Below are positions 20,883-30,484 of a stretch of DNA of 64,000 nt, piece after piece. The notes beneath the pieces were generated by a model. The model did not search any database, was not told where the DNA came from, and saw only the letters and a program-made list of their open reading frames with translations. The stretch is from a virus, in the IMG/VR virus record IMGVR_UViG_3300008107_000014, positions 32,001 through 96,000 of that record; one strand, given 5' to 3'. Each line of letters opens with the position of its first letter. Position 1 is the first letter of the stretch. The translations under genes and the position numbers were made by a program.

Positions 20883-22020
20883 TAAAACAGGAAAGTTTCA
20901 TCACATCAAATATAACTGTGTTGCTACACTAGATAACTGGTCTCCAAACGACCCTGGAATATTCTATCATCATTTTTATGATGATCAACAACACGGTGTT
21001 AGATTTGCCAATTGTCTCGACGAAGTTCATTGGGAATATTTAAGAAATAATCCGTCTGCAAAACTGTTGCACGAAAATTGTGGCGAAACATTTAATATGC
21101 TATTTGTTGATGAGATATCAGAACTAATAGCTAATCACAACATTAATCCTTCTCAAATTTTTATTATTGTAGCCGATGAGTTACATAAATCTTTTTTAGT
21201 AACAAATTTGATTAGCCGAGACATTAACGGAGTTAATATTGAAATTTATAATTTTCTAATGAGTAAGGTATCAATGGATTCTTTTGATGTGCCTATTATT
21301 AAAAAATTTAGCGTATTGAGTCGTAACTATCGATCTTCTCGACTGCAACTGTATTGCAAATTGTTAGAGGCAGATTTATTAGACCAATTTTTATATTCGT
21401 TCTACAATATTCATCCATATGAAAAAACTATATTCTCTGTAAAAGATATGATATTAGATTTGCAGAATGCAACGGTGCCGGTAACTGATAAAATTATAGA
21501 GTGGTTATACGGTGTGCCTTATTCTATTAGCACCACTGATAATGTTTACGATAAGTGGGCCGATGTTACATATCAAACAGTAGCATCAGCTGATTTTCAT
21601 ATCATTATTGAAACATTCTTTGATCCGTTTTTAAGCCACATTAACGGAAAATATAAAAAAGGATATGCTCCTAATTTTATAACAGAAAAATTATATAAAC
21701 CTATTGCTTGTAAAAAACCATTTATTGTATTTGGTCCACAGTATATGCTTGAGGATCTACAATCGATGGGCTATAAAACATTCGATAGATTTATAAACGA
21801 ATCGTATGATATAGAAGAATCTCCCGAAAAACGTCTTGATATGATAGTTGACGAAATTAAGAAAATACTAGCTTTGCCAAAAGACGAATATCAAAATATT
21901 GTAAATAGTATGCAGGATATTTGCAATTATAATTATAATGTGTTAGCCGCTCAGAAAAATTACACTATTACAAATCCAGCATTTACTTTTATAAAAGATA
22001 ATACAGGATGGAAATACTAA
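20872..22020 (+). CDS. Putative glycosyltransferase-like protein (ITEK family, paralogue 2)
   Basis: ETFF..FITEKLYKPI..PFIVFG..GYKTF..NESYD. ATG 20872. Confidence 0.45.
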   Translation: MLYSKTGKFHHIKYNCVATLDNWSPNDPGIFYHHFYDDQQHGVRFANCLDEVHWEYLRNNPSAKLLHENCGETFNMLFVDEISELIANHNINPSQIFIIVADELHKSFLVTNLISRDINGVNIEIYNFLMSKVSMDSFDVPIIKKFSVLSRNYRSSRLQLYCKLLEADLLDQFLYSFYNIHPYEKTIFSVKDMILDLQNATVPVTDKIIEWLYGVPYSISTTDNVYDKWADVTYQTVASADFHIIIETFFDPFLSHINGKYKKGYAPNFITEKLYKPIACKKPFIVFGPQYMLEDLQSMGYKTFDRFINESYDIEESPEKRLDMIVDEIKKILALPKDEYQNIVNSMQDICNYNYNVLAAQKNYTITNPAFTFIKDNTGWKY

Positions 22021-22700
22021 ACTTTTTTAAAAATTTATCTAATACTGATAACTTAGCTGCTCAGTATACATCTGCAACTCCGCTGCCTCACGTAATTGTA
22101 GATAACTTCTTGCCGGATGAAATTTTTAAAAATTTATGTACAGACATTCGACAGTATCCTCCTAATAAATGGATTGTTAAACAGTTAAGCGATACTAGCG
22201 GAATTCGAAAAGAAGCAAGAGATTTTAACGATTCATATACTCTGCAAAACATTATGCTTAATCTTACTGGCCATAATTTTGTATCTTGGATGAATAAAAT
22301 AACCGGCGCTACTAATATAATTCCCGATCTCCATCATCTTGGCGCAGGATTAACAGCAGCACCTTCTGGTGCAACACTAGGGCTTCATGTTGATTTTAAT
22401 TGGAACGATACTTTAAAATTAAACAGAAAATTTAATTTAATTTTCTACGCAAATGATTCGTGGGAAGATTCGTGGAATGGTGAATTAGAGTTTTGGAATA
22501 AAGAAGGAACAAGTTGCCTTTATACAATTAAGCCAACTCCTAATAGATTGGTATTTTGGGAGTATGAGCAAGAATTAATACACGGATTTACAAAACCGTT
22601 AGCTTGTCCAGCCGGCGTTGAACGATTAAATTTAATGACAATTTACTATACAAGTAATGCATCGCCGACATCGGATCCTCATAAGTCTCGATTTTATTAA
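22008..22700 (+). CDS. 2OG-Fe(II) oxygenase
   Basis: LGLHVDFN (HxD), WNGELEFW, PNRLVF, IHG and distal R. Confidence 0.8.
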   Translation: MEILNFFKNLSNTDNLAAQYTSATPLPHVIVDNFLPDEIFKNLCTDIRQYPPNKWIVKQLSDTSGIRKEARDFNDSYTLQNIMLNLTGHNFVSWMNKITGATNIIPDLHHLGAGLTAAPSGATLGLHVDFNWNDTLKLNRKFNLIFYANDSWEDSWNGELEFWNKEGTSCLYTIKPTPNRLVFWEYEQELIHGFTKPLACPAGVERLNLMTIYYTSNASPTSDPHKSRFY

Positions 22701-22701
22701 T

Positions 22702-23292
22702 ATGGCAAATTTTCATAAGTATTCTATTCCTCATTTATTATATGCATCGTACAACAAAAGTGACGATATTATTGTAGAAATAGGTAGTGAGCGCGGAGAA
22801 GGTTCTACTAAATTTTTTGATACCTATTCTAAAGATTTAGGAATTCCGTTTTACAGTATTGATATAGAAGATAATGCAAAGATCCAACTCAGCGAATTAA
22901 AGCACACTAATTGGATAATTTCCTCAGGCTCGGTTTGGTCTAAAGAACAATTACCGTTATTAAATAAAAAAATCAAAGTGTTATATCTTGATAACTTTGA
23001 TTGGAATCATAATCCAACAATTCCAACAGAAACTGGGTTTGATAAATTATACGAGAAACATAATACTATCTGGACCAACTTAAATTGTGTTGCCGAGCAT
23101 CTTCACCAGATGATTAACTGTTTACCGTATATGGCCGAAAAGTCTATTATCATTTGTGACGACACTCCTTATCAAGATCACAGCGGAATCTATATTGGAA
23201 AATGTAGTGCAGTTATTCCGCTGCTTATAATTCACGGTTATACAATTGTTCACTCAGCAAACAACGGCGTAATATTAATTCGAGATTCCTAA
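22702..23292 (+). CDS. Class I SAM-dependent methyltransferase-like protein
   Basis: IVEIGSERGEGST motif I, YSID, LYLDNFD and IICDDT. Confidence 0.6.
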   Translation: MANFHKYSIPHLLYASYNKSDDIIVEIGSERGEGSTKFFDTYSKDLGIPFYSIDIEDNAKIQLSELKHTNWIISSGSVWSKEQLPLLNKKIKVLYLDNFDWNHNPTIPTETGFDKLYEKHNTIWTNLNCVAEHLHQMINCLPYMAEKSIIICDDTPYQDHSGIYIGKCSAVIPLLIIHGYTIVHSANNGVILIRDS

Positions 23293-24528
23293 GTGAGATG
23301 TTATTTTGATAATCATAGACAACTTAACATTAATTTAGTTAAGCAAATAAACAGCATACGATCGTTTGATGATTTTGAACTTAGGTATTGTCATCCTAAT
23401 TTAAATTTTACATATAGCACAAATTATGATTCTCAAGGAATATATCTTGTCGAAGTTAGCACACATGCGCACCTTTGGTGTAGTTCAAACCATCATAGCA
23501 ATAGTTTTAATTTAATTGAATCTATTCCTCATCACGTAATAGATGCTGCAAAACTAAAAAAAATACGAATAGTAATTATTGCAGTAGTCGAAGGGGATAG
23601 CTACGAAAACGATGGAGTAGATGCATACGAAGAATTAACTGCATCAATGTGGAAAATTGGACTACCGCAATATAGCGTACTAATTATTAGTGGCAATTTA
23701 AATGCAAATGCTCAATATTTAGAATGGTGTAATAAAAACGAAGAATTTCCTTGGATTGAATTCTCAGAAGGTATTGATTGGACAGGGCAGCGTAACTGGC
23801 CTAAACAAATAGATCCTATTTTTTCTAAATCTCTAACAACTGCCAAATTTCTTTATAACAGCTTAAATCGTGCTCATCGTAGCCACAGATCTGAGCACTT
23901 ATATTTTTTAGCACATAACAATCTATTGACAAACGGATTGGTATCCGGTGGCATATGGTTTAACGACATGCCTGGATACGATAAAAACTTAGACCTAATT
24001 TCGTCACCAGAATATATTGACGCATATATAGACAACTATCGAACAGTACTAAGAGCAAATTATCCAAAGACAGTCGATTCAAATGTAACTTCTCTACGCA
24101 ACAATCATTTTGCGGGAATAAGCAATTTGAATATTTTTAAGGATTCGTTACTAACAGTATCTACAGAAAGTCATTTTGATGACAATCAAGGTTTGTTTAT
24201 AACAGAAAAAACGTTTCGCCCTATAGCAATGGGACATCCGTTTATAGTATTAGGTCAGCCTAATCTTTTAAAAAAATTACAAAGTTTTGGATTTAAGACT
24301 GATTTTATTGATACTAGTTATGATGAAATTTTAGACAATAAAAAAAGATTCGCAACATTTCACGAATCTTTTTTAAATTGGATCAACGACGATAAAGAAA
24401 AATACTTTGCAAAATGGCAGTTATATGTTGAACATAACTTATACATATATCAACATACAAACTTTAGAAAACTATACATCGGCGATGCAGTAGAACGCAC
24501 AACTAGATATTTTAAAGAATTGTCTTAG
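23293..24528 (+). CDS. Putative glycosyltransferase-like protein (ITEK family, paralogue 3)
   Basis: SLNRAHRSHR and ESHF..FITEKTFRPI..PFIVLG..GFKT..DTSYD. Confidence 0.45.
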   Translation: MRCYFDNHRQLNINLVKQINSIRSFDDFELRYCHPNLNFTYSTNYDSQGIYLVEVSTHAHLWCSSNHHSNSFNLIESIPHHVIDAAKLKKIRIVIIAVVEGDSYENDGVDAYEELTASMWKIGLPQYSVLIISGNLNANAQYLEWCNKNEEFPWIEFSEGIDWTGQRNWPKQIDPIFSKSLTTAKFLYNSLNRAHRSHRSEHLYFLAHNNLLTNGLVSGGIWFNDMPGYDKNLDLISSPEYIDAYIDNYRTVLRANYPKTVDSNVTSLRNNHFAGISNLNIFKDSLLTVSTESHFDDNQGLFITEKTFRPIAMGHPFIVLGQPNLLKKLQSFGFKTDFIDTSYDEILDNKKRFATFHESFLNWINDDKEKYFAKWQLYVEHNLYIYQHTNFRKLYIGDAVERTTRYFKELS

Positions 24529-24817
24529 TAGATTTTTTAATATCGGTTTTTAGTTTACTAATATCAATGTCAAAGTCAACGCCTTTAATTTCTTCATGAT
24601 ATTCTTTAAATGTGTCAAGTAATTTAGTTGATAATGCATCGCTGCCTATTTCCTCAACAAGTTCTGCAACATTAATTTCCCATACCCTTCCATCTTCAAA
24701 TTTAATTTGCATTACTTTTGTATAATGCAAAGGCATGGTACTCATATACATATCTTCAAAAATTTCAGGCCACTCTTTAATTATTTTACTAGGTGGTCTA
24801 AAGAATTTTTTAGGCAT
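24512..24817 (-). CDS. Hypothetical protein
   Basis: Last gene of the minus-strand block. Its 3' end overlaps the convergent gene. Confidence 0.6.
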   Translation of the reverse strand: MPKKFFRPPSKIIKEWPEIFEDMYMSTMPLHYTKVMQIKFEDGRVWEINVAELVEEIGSDALSTKLLDTFKEYHEEIKGVDFDIDISKLKTDIKKSTKTIL

Positions 24818-25424
24818 CAGCAGTTTCTTTAGCCTTAGTTGCTTTCTTAACAGGTGGATCTAATTCATCTGCCTGTTTGCGCAACTTTGCAGCTTCCTTA
24901 TACATGGCATCTGCTTGGCTACGGAACTGTTTAGCAAGTGCTGAATCGTCAAGTACATCTGGCGCTTTTTCTGTTTCCTGCACTGGCACTTCGTTGACAC
25001 GAGCAATTTCTTTAACTTCGGCGCCCGGTTTAACTCCGATAAATCCTGCTAGCTCATCAATAGCTAGACCTTTTTGCTCGGCAATTAGCGCATTTAGTTC
25101 TGACAACTGAACTATATTACTAGTATCAGGTGTCATCAATACATCCGATGTACCTACCTTAATAAGTTTACCGTCTGAATGTAATGCTTCCAACATTAAA
25201 CGCCCGTCTGGAAAATGTCTAATACCTAGAATATCTCCGAACTCATTTGCATCTTGTGCTTGTGCGCTTTCAACTAATTGAATAATTGCGTTGTGATAGC
25301 TATCGGACAAACTTGCTGTGCCAACAACTAATCCAAAGTATGGGTCACCGGGTAGTGTACGAAAAACAACAAGCACTTTCGCGTTGTTATTTTTCATTTT
25401 CCCAACGTGTTTAATTTGGGCCAT
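24810..25424 (-). CDS. Hypothetical protein
   Basis: Intact ORF with AGGA RBS and coiled-coil C-terminus. Confidence 0.65.
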   Translation of the reverse strand: MAQIKHVGKMKNNNAKVLVVFRTLPGDPYFGLVVGTASLSDSYHNAIIQLVESAQAQDANEFGDILGIRHFPDGRLMLEALHSDGKLIKVGTSDVLMTPDTSNIVQLSELNALIAEQKGLAIDELAGFIGVKPGAEVKEIARVNEVPVQETEKAPDVLDDSALAKQFRSQADAMYKEAAKLRKQADELDPPVKKATKAKETADA

Positions 25425-25426
25425 GA

Positions 25427-25648
25427 TTATTGTCCTTTAGTAACTTGTGTTAAAAAGTTGTTTAAACGATTATACGTTTTGCCAACAGCTTCTAGTTCGT
25501 TGGCTTTGAATGCACCGCGTCCGCTTGCGACATCGATGATTGCTTTTAATGCCTGTAGATCGCTGATGTTTAATTCAGTTGATTCTGCAGGTGCTTCCTG
25601 ACCAGTAGTTTGTTCTTCTGGGACTGGTTGTGTTACTTGCTCTTCCAT
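25427..25648 (-). CDS. Hypothetical protein
   Basis: AGGAG RBS. ..IDVASGRGAFKANEL.. small phage protein. Confidence 0.65.
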   Translation of the reverse strand: MEEQVTQPVPEEQTTGQEAPAESTELNISDLQALKAIIDVASGRGAFKANELEAVGKTYNRLNNFLTQVTKGQ

Positions 25649-25924
25649 TTAAGTTCTCCTTATGTTTGGATATGCTAACATAAAAAAAGTAAGTTCTTTT
25701 GAATCTTCAAAAGCTACAAACTTCTTTGTTGTTGTCTTGTTACCGTCCGACGAGTGAGGCAAGTTTACAATTGCGTACCTACCATGTAGTTTAGATTCAA
25801 TCCAATCTTCCATGGTATTATCAAACAGAAAATCTTGTTCTGCTACCTGTATCTTTGAAAAATGAACAGGCAGAAAACTAACTTTCCTTTTCTTGCAAAC
25901 ACTCAAAGGGTTTAATTTTAACAT
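25649..25924 (-). CDS. Hypothetical protein
   Basis: Intact ORF in operon. Confidence 0.55.
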   Translation of the reverse strand: MLKLNPLSVCKKRKVSFLPVHFSKIQVAEQDFLFDNTMEDWIESKLHGRYAIVNLPHSSDGNKTTTKKFVAFEDSKELTFFMLAYPNIRRT

Positions 25925-25945
25925 ACTTTTATTTAAACTACAGAT

Positions 25946-26347
25946 TCAATCGTGGCTTGATTCTTGAGCGAGTAATTTAGCAAGTGCCTTGCTGGCACCC
26001 ATCTTCTTTACATCTCCAGAAAATAAGTACAGCTCAAATGCTGTTTTTTCCGACAATACTGTAATACCTTTCTTGTTTATGAAATATGGTGATTTTATAA
26101 AGTTGTCTAACCATATTAACACCTGCGGTGTAACACTTAGACCTTTTGGAAACTCTATAAAGTAAGATTTTATCTCGGCTTTGGTAGTTACAAACTCTAA
26201 GCCTTGTTCGGTTAATCGCAGCCCGCCCTCATTTTTATTTCTAAAATTTAACCACCAAACAGATTTGTAATCCTTAAGGGCAGTTTCGGTTGGTGTAATG
26301 TTAACTGCTTTTAAAAATACAGCAGTATAGCGATCTTTTACATCCAT
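25946..26347 (-). CDS. Hypothetical protein
   Basis: Intact ORF in operon. Confidence 0.6.
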   Translation of the reverse strand: MDVKDRYTAVFLKAVNITPTETALKDYKSVWWLNFRNKNEGGLRLTEQGLEFVTTKAEIKSYFIEFPKGLSVTPQVLIWLDNFIKSPYFINKKGITVLSEKTAFELYLFSGDVKKMGASKALAKLLAQESSHD

Positions 26348-26348
26348 T

Positions 26349-26636
26349 TTAAATTGTTATTTCTTCACCTGATGTAAGTTTATATACTGCGAAGTCTGAA
26401 GTTTTAAACAAACGATTTAATTTCTTTGCTAGATTGTGTGCATGTCCGGGATTACTAAATGATACTTTTTTATATTTAGGTCCAGGATAACTAGCCACTA
26501 GGCTACCGCTCTTTAGATTAAAAGGTTGCCCTTTAAAAAACACCGCCCAGATAGCTTCCGACTCTAGGATTTGTTCTAGTTTATAATTATCCTTGCTAGC
26601 GTGTTCTAGAAGGACTTTAGGTTTTGGTCGACTCAT
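26349..26636 (-). CDS. Hypothetical protein (MSRPKPK..)
   Basis: ATG 26636 lies downstream of an ATAAATA motif (26663-26669). Confidence 0.6.
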   Translation of the reverse strand: MSRPKPKVLLEHASKDNYKLEQILESEAIWAVFFKGQPFNLKSGSLVASYPGPKYKKVSFSNPGHAHNLAKKLNRLFKTSDFAVYKLTSGEEITI

Positions 26637-26673
26637 ATATGCATATCCGTTATGTACGCATATATTTATCTCT

Positions 26674-26922
26674 CTAGAACGATCCGCCGTCCATCTTAAC
26701 TTCAACAACACCTTGATTTGCTTCTAATTTATGTAGACTTTCACGTATATCTTGCACATGATTAGCCATTTTGGAAGTCAATATAGATAAGTCGGTTATA
26801 ATCTCTCGAGCTTCTTGTATTGACATCTTGATTTCTCGTTGATTACTTAATTCAGCACTTTTTAAGCGTTGTACTAGTTTTTCAACACTAGTTAATCGTT
26901 CTGGTAGTTTATCGTGAGACAT
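26674..26922 (-). CDS. Hypothetical protein
   Basis: Intact helical ORF. Confidence 0.55.
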   Translation of the reverse strand: MSHDKLPERLTSVEKLVQRLKSAELSNQREIKMSIQEAREIITDLSILTSKMANHVQDIRESLHKLEANQGVVEVKMDGGSF

Positions 26923-27385
26923 TTGATAGCGCCTGTTTTAAATCGTTTTCTGTTTTATATGGACCACGATATTCGTATCTATCAAGTGTGATAAATTTTG
27001 GACAAAAACTTTTAACCCAACCTTTATCGAATTTAATGATGTAATGACCTGCACAATATAAACTTTTAGAATCACTGCTTTTGGTAAACAGTGGTAGTCG
27101 TCTTTTAATGTCAAACATTGCATTATGTGGTTCAACACTTGTAGAGTATCCGTGTACTTCGTTTACTGGTGCGTTGTCTGCTTCTTTAATAATCTTTGCA
27201 ATAAAAAAGTCTTTACCAAATTGTTTAGTAACACTTTCTTTATTTTTAAAAATTTTAATTCCAGTTGCATTAGACATTACAAATCTATTTTCTTCGTCTT
27301 TTCGTAATGTAGCGTATCTACTTCCGTCTTTCTCGACGATCCAGAATTTATTTTCAATTACTGGTTTTGCCTGTAAGTCTGTCAT
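26909..27385 (-). CDS. Hypothetical protein
   Basis: Intact ORF coupled to RNase H by ATGA. Confidence 0.6.
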   Translation of the reverse strand: MTDLQAKPVIENKFWIVEKDGSRYATLRKDEENRFVMSNATGIKIFKNKESVTKQFGKDFFIAKIIKEADNAPVNEVHGYSTSVEPHNAMFDIKRRLPLFTKSSDSKSLYCAGHYIIKFDKGWVKSFCPKFITLDRYEYRGPYKTENDLKQALSNVSR

Positions 27386-28368
27386 TGTTTATACCTCGCA
27401 TTTAATGGTTCGGCATATGCTTGAGCTTGATCTGCAATTTTCTTTAGGTCATAAAGATTGCAAAACTTTATCAATCTAATACCTACCTGGCTGATATTTT
27501 TATCGGCTGCAATAGCAGTATCGATAGTATCAGTAATTATAGTTCTAATTTCGTCTGGTTGTTTTGTTAGATCAATCAAAGTGCAATTTCGAGTGTAGTC
27601 ATCTAGTACACGATGCTCTACACCTTCATGATCGGTCCAACGTTGCAACATCATGTTGTTCCAGTTGAATCCTTTTGTGTTGCGATCTGCAAATGCTTCT
27701 TTTAATCCAACTTTTTTCTTTGTGCCTTCTTTGCGAACACCTGGATATGCACTAAACACATTATCGCTAGTATCACCTCTCATGCACTTTTCAAATAACA
27801 ACCATTCTGGATTTGGAATTTCTTTAGGCAACTGTGTTTTCTTATCGATTACATAATTACCTTTTTCGTCAAAGTATCCTTCGTGTGTAATTGTTGTTTC
27901 GCTTACACCGTTGTATTGTTTTACATTGGGTGCAATTAATTGAACAAAGTCTGTGTCAGTGCTAATAATTACATGATCATCATTTGGATGACTTTGAATC
28001 CATCCAGCAATTAAATCATCGGCTTCTAACTGCGAATGTTGCAATACTGTGCAATTAGTTTTTTCTGTAATGAAGTCTTTAAATGTATCAAATGCTTCCC
28101 AGAACAATTTTTCTTCTTCTTGTTCACGTTCGTTATGTGCAGCACGGGCATCACTACGATTTCTTTTATATGGAGCATAATGGTCTTTGCGCCAACTGCG
28201 CCCTTCAAGGCAAAAAATTACATGACTTCCGTTAAAGTCTTTCCATGCTTTCTTGATGGAGTTTAACGTAATGTGAAAAGCCATGCCAAGCTTGATATCA
28301 GCGTCACCGTTGATAACATGCCTAGCACGGAAAAAAGTATTTGCTGTATCTACTAAAATATATGTCAT
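27382..28368 (-). CDS. rnh: T4-like RNase H / 5'-3' flap exonuclease
   Basis: YILVD, SWRK..YKRNR, LEADDLIAG, ISTDTDFVQL and GDTSDNV. Confidence 0.88.
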   Translation of the reverse strand: MTYILVDTANTFFRARHVINGDADIKLGMAFHITLNSIKKAWKDFNGSHVIFCLEGRSWRKDHYAPYKRNRSDARAAHNEREQEEEKLFWEAFDTFKDFITEKTNCTVLQHSQLEADDLIAGWIQSHPNDDHVIISTDTDFVQLIAPNVKQYNGVSETTITHEGYFDEKGNYVIDKKTQLPKEIPNPEWLLFEKCMRGDTSDNVFSAYPGVRKEGTKKKVGLKEAFADRNTKGFNWNNMMLQRWTDHEGVEHRVLDDYTRNCTLIDLTKQPDEIRTIITDTIDTAIAADKNISQVGIRLIKFCNLYDLKKIADQAQAYAEPLNARYKQ

Positions 28369-28820
28369 GAAACTTCTGCTTTACCTGGGGCAATTTTCTT
28401 AACGTCAACATATCCTGCCCCACGGCGATCCATGCTAACACCTTCCTCTTGTCCAATGTCTCCGCACAATGCACGGAACCATCGATCTGCAATTTCTTCA
28501 TCTGGATCACCATCATAGCCATATCCTTGCAACTTCAATTGTACAATAAACTCATCGTTCCAATCAAGCTCAAAGAATCCATTACGTAGATTGTCTTTGT
28601 TAACATGTGTGTCAAGTACAGCTACCCACGGCTCGCCCTTTTGTGTAGCACGTTCTTTAGGAGTTAACTTAGCTTCTGCTGCTTTTGCTTCAGCTGCAAT
28701 TGCTTCTTCTAAATGCTGTTTAGCAATACTCTTTGCAGTCTCTGCTTCTGCTAGTGCGTTTTGTGTTGCATCTTCTAATGCTTGTAAGCCTGTAATCTTT
28801 TTAAAGAATTGTTTAATCAT
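28365..28820 (-). CDS. Hypothetical protein
   Basis: TAATG-coupled to queE. ..NGFFELDWNDEF.. Confidence 0.6.
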   Translation of the reverse strand: MIKQFFKKITGLQALEDATQNALAEAETAKSIAKQHLEEAIAAEAKAAEAKLTPKERATQKGEPWVAVLDTHVNKDNLRNGFFELDWNDEFIVQLKLQGYGYDGDPDEEIADRWFRALCGDIGQEEGVSMDRRGAGYVDVKKIAPGKAEVS

Positions 28821-29674
28821 TAAGTTCCCCACTCATTTTTAAATAACGGTACTTGTAGTCTGTCGCTATAACGTAAACCGTTTTTCATTGCTAGTAATGC
28901 TACATTCTTATTGTTTAATGCGTAGACACTTTCAACACCACCTACCGGCATTAGATAAACATGTCCTTTAAAGCCTGCTTTGCGATATGCGGCAATAGCA
29001 CATTCGGCATCGGTAAAATCTTGTTCTGTGGCAATAACAAATTTCAAATATGCTGTACCGAAATTTTCGTATTCACAAACTACTTCTGGAAGAATTGCTT
29101 CTTCCCATTTCTCTCCACTACATGGTAGTTTAGCACTTACGCTAAATGTAACTTCTCTAGCAAAATCCATGTTAGGCATTTGCCATTCTACCAGATATTC
29201 TTTAAACTCTTCTGTTAGCTTTTGAGTGCCATTTGTTTCAAATGTAATCTCTTTCAAGCCTGACATCTTAGGGTGACTCAACAAGTCTGGATAAGCACGT
29301 TGCCAACCCAGCAATGGTTCACCGCCTGTGATAACAAGATGCTCGTCCTTCCAATGATCTTGCGGAAGTATTTCCATAATTCGATCTACGATAGCATCAC
29401 TTGTAAGCATTGGACTAAGATCCTTAAAACTAGGATGCCAGCTAGCATAGCTATCACACCCCGTAGAAACCAAAGGTAGTTCTTCATATTTGTTATATAG
29501 ATATGCAACTTCTGCAATATCTTCAGCTTCGTTGCTTAATTCACCACGACTCATGCCAAAACCTGCACATTTAAAGTTACAACCAAATGTGCGTAAAAAC
29601 ACAGAAGGCACACCCATGTAGCGACCTTCACCTTGAATGCTGTAAAACAGCTCTGCGATTTTAATTTTACTCAT
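28820..29674 (-). CDS. queE: 7-carboxy-7-deazaguanine synthase (radical SAM)
   Basis: ELFYSIQGEG..G.PSVFLRTFGCNFKC..GCDS, VITGGEPLL, ETNGT and RLQV. Confidence 0.88.
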   Translation of the reverse strand: MSKIKIAELFYSIQGEGRYMGVPSVFLRTFGCNFKCAGFGMSRGELSNEAEDIAEVAYLYNKYEELPLVSTGCDSYASWHPSFKDLSPMLTSDAIVDRIMEILPQDHWKDEHLVITGGEPLLGWQRAYPDLLSHPKMSGLKEITFETNGTQKLTEEFKEYLVEWQMPNMDFAREVTFSVSAKLPCSGEKWEEAILPEVVCEYENFGTAYLKFVIATEQDFTDAECAIAAYRKAGFKGHVYLMPVGGVESVYALNNKNVALLAMKNGLRYSDRLQVPLFKNEWGT

Positions 29675-29679
29675 ACGTT

Positions 29680-29708
29680 ATTATACACTCTTTTTTGTTA
29701 AAGTCCAA
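29680..29708 (-). promoter_or_regulatory. Sigma70-like promoter (TTGGAC-17-TATAAT), 5 nt before the queE ATG
   Basis: Spacing counted directly. No Shine-Dalgarno present, so possibly leaderless. Confidence 0.45.
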
Positions 29709-29854
29709 GAGCCATCCTTGTTATCTGTCCAAACAAGTGTATCTCCTTCTTTCCAACCTGCTTGTTCTAATAGCTCAGGCGGAAATGTTATTATTGCATC
29801 GCCGGTATCTGGATCTTCCTCAACCGGTACAGTCCATTTAGATAAGTTGTTCAA
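29681..29854 (-). CDS. Small AbrB/MazE/SpoVT-like DNA-binding protein (57 aa, not in ORF track)
   Basis: TTG start after AGGAG. MNNLSKWTVPVEEDPDTGDAIITFPPELLEQAGWKEGDTLVWTDNKDGSWTLTKKSV matches the swapped-hairpin pattern. Confidence 0.6.
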   Translation of the reverse strand: MNNLSKWTVPVEEDPDTGDAIITFPPELLEQAGWKEGDTLVWTDNKDGSWTLTKKSV

Positions 29855-30299
29855 CAGTTACTCCTGATTTTTCCAGAAACGTGATACCACTGGTATCCCT
29901 ATAAGTGTTCCGATATAAAACACTGCTAATACCACTTTGGTAGATAAGTTTGGCACAGTCCAAACATGGAGCATGGGTAATAAACATAGTAGCACCCAAA
30001 CCAGATTCGTTAGATTTAGCCAGTTTGGCAATCGCATTTGTTTCAGCATGTAATACCTCGGGTCTAGTTTTTAACTCACCGGTGTTGACTAACTTACTGC
30101 CAACACCGTATTCGGTTTGAAATTCTGTTACTTCATATTCACAGTTATTATCCCAACCTGCTGGCATACCATTGTAGCCAATAGAGATAATCCTATCATC
30201 TTTGGCTACGATTGCACCTACATGCAATCGCCGAGCATGACTAAGCTCTGCAAATGTCTCCGCAGTTTTCATGTATGCTTGTTTTAATTTTTGTTTCAT
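29838..30299 (-). CDS. dCMP deaminase
   Basis: VGA..IGYNG, HAETNAI and PCLDCAK zinc motifs. Confidence 0.88.
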   Translation of the reverse strand: MKQKLKQAYMKTAETFAELSHARRLHVGAIVAKDDRIISIGYNGMPAGWDNNCEYEVTEFQTEYGVGSKLVNTGELKTRPEVLHAETNAIAKLAKSNESGLGATMFITHAPCLDCAKLIYQSGISSVLYRNTYRDTSGITFLEKSGVTVEQLI

Positions 30300-30484
30300 T
30301 CGGGTAGGCTTGTAAAGCGTTGTTCAAAACTTTCTATATAGCAACTATATTCTCTAGGCTCAAGAACTTTGTCATCTCGATAATGAACCCATGTATGTCC
30401 ATCAACTTCAACTACATGGATTACAATAAATTTTTTATCAGTGCCTGAACCCCAACGACTTCCTGGTAAAATTTCTTTCTTCAT
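30296..30484 (-). CDS. Hypothetical protein
   Basis: ATGA-coupled small ORF. Confidence 0.5.
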   Translation of the reverse strand: MKKEILPGSRWGSGTDKKFIVIHVVEVDGHTWVHYRDDKVLEPREYSCYIESFEQRFTSLPE

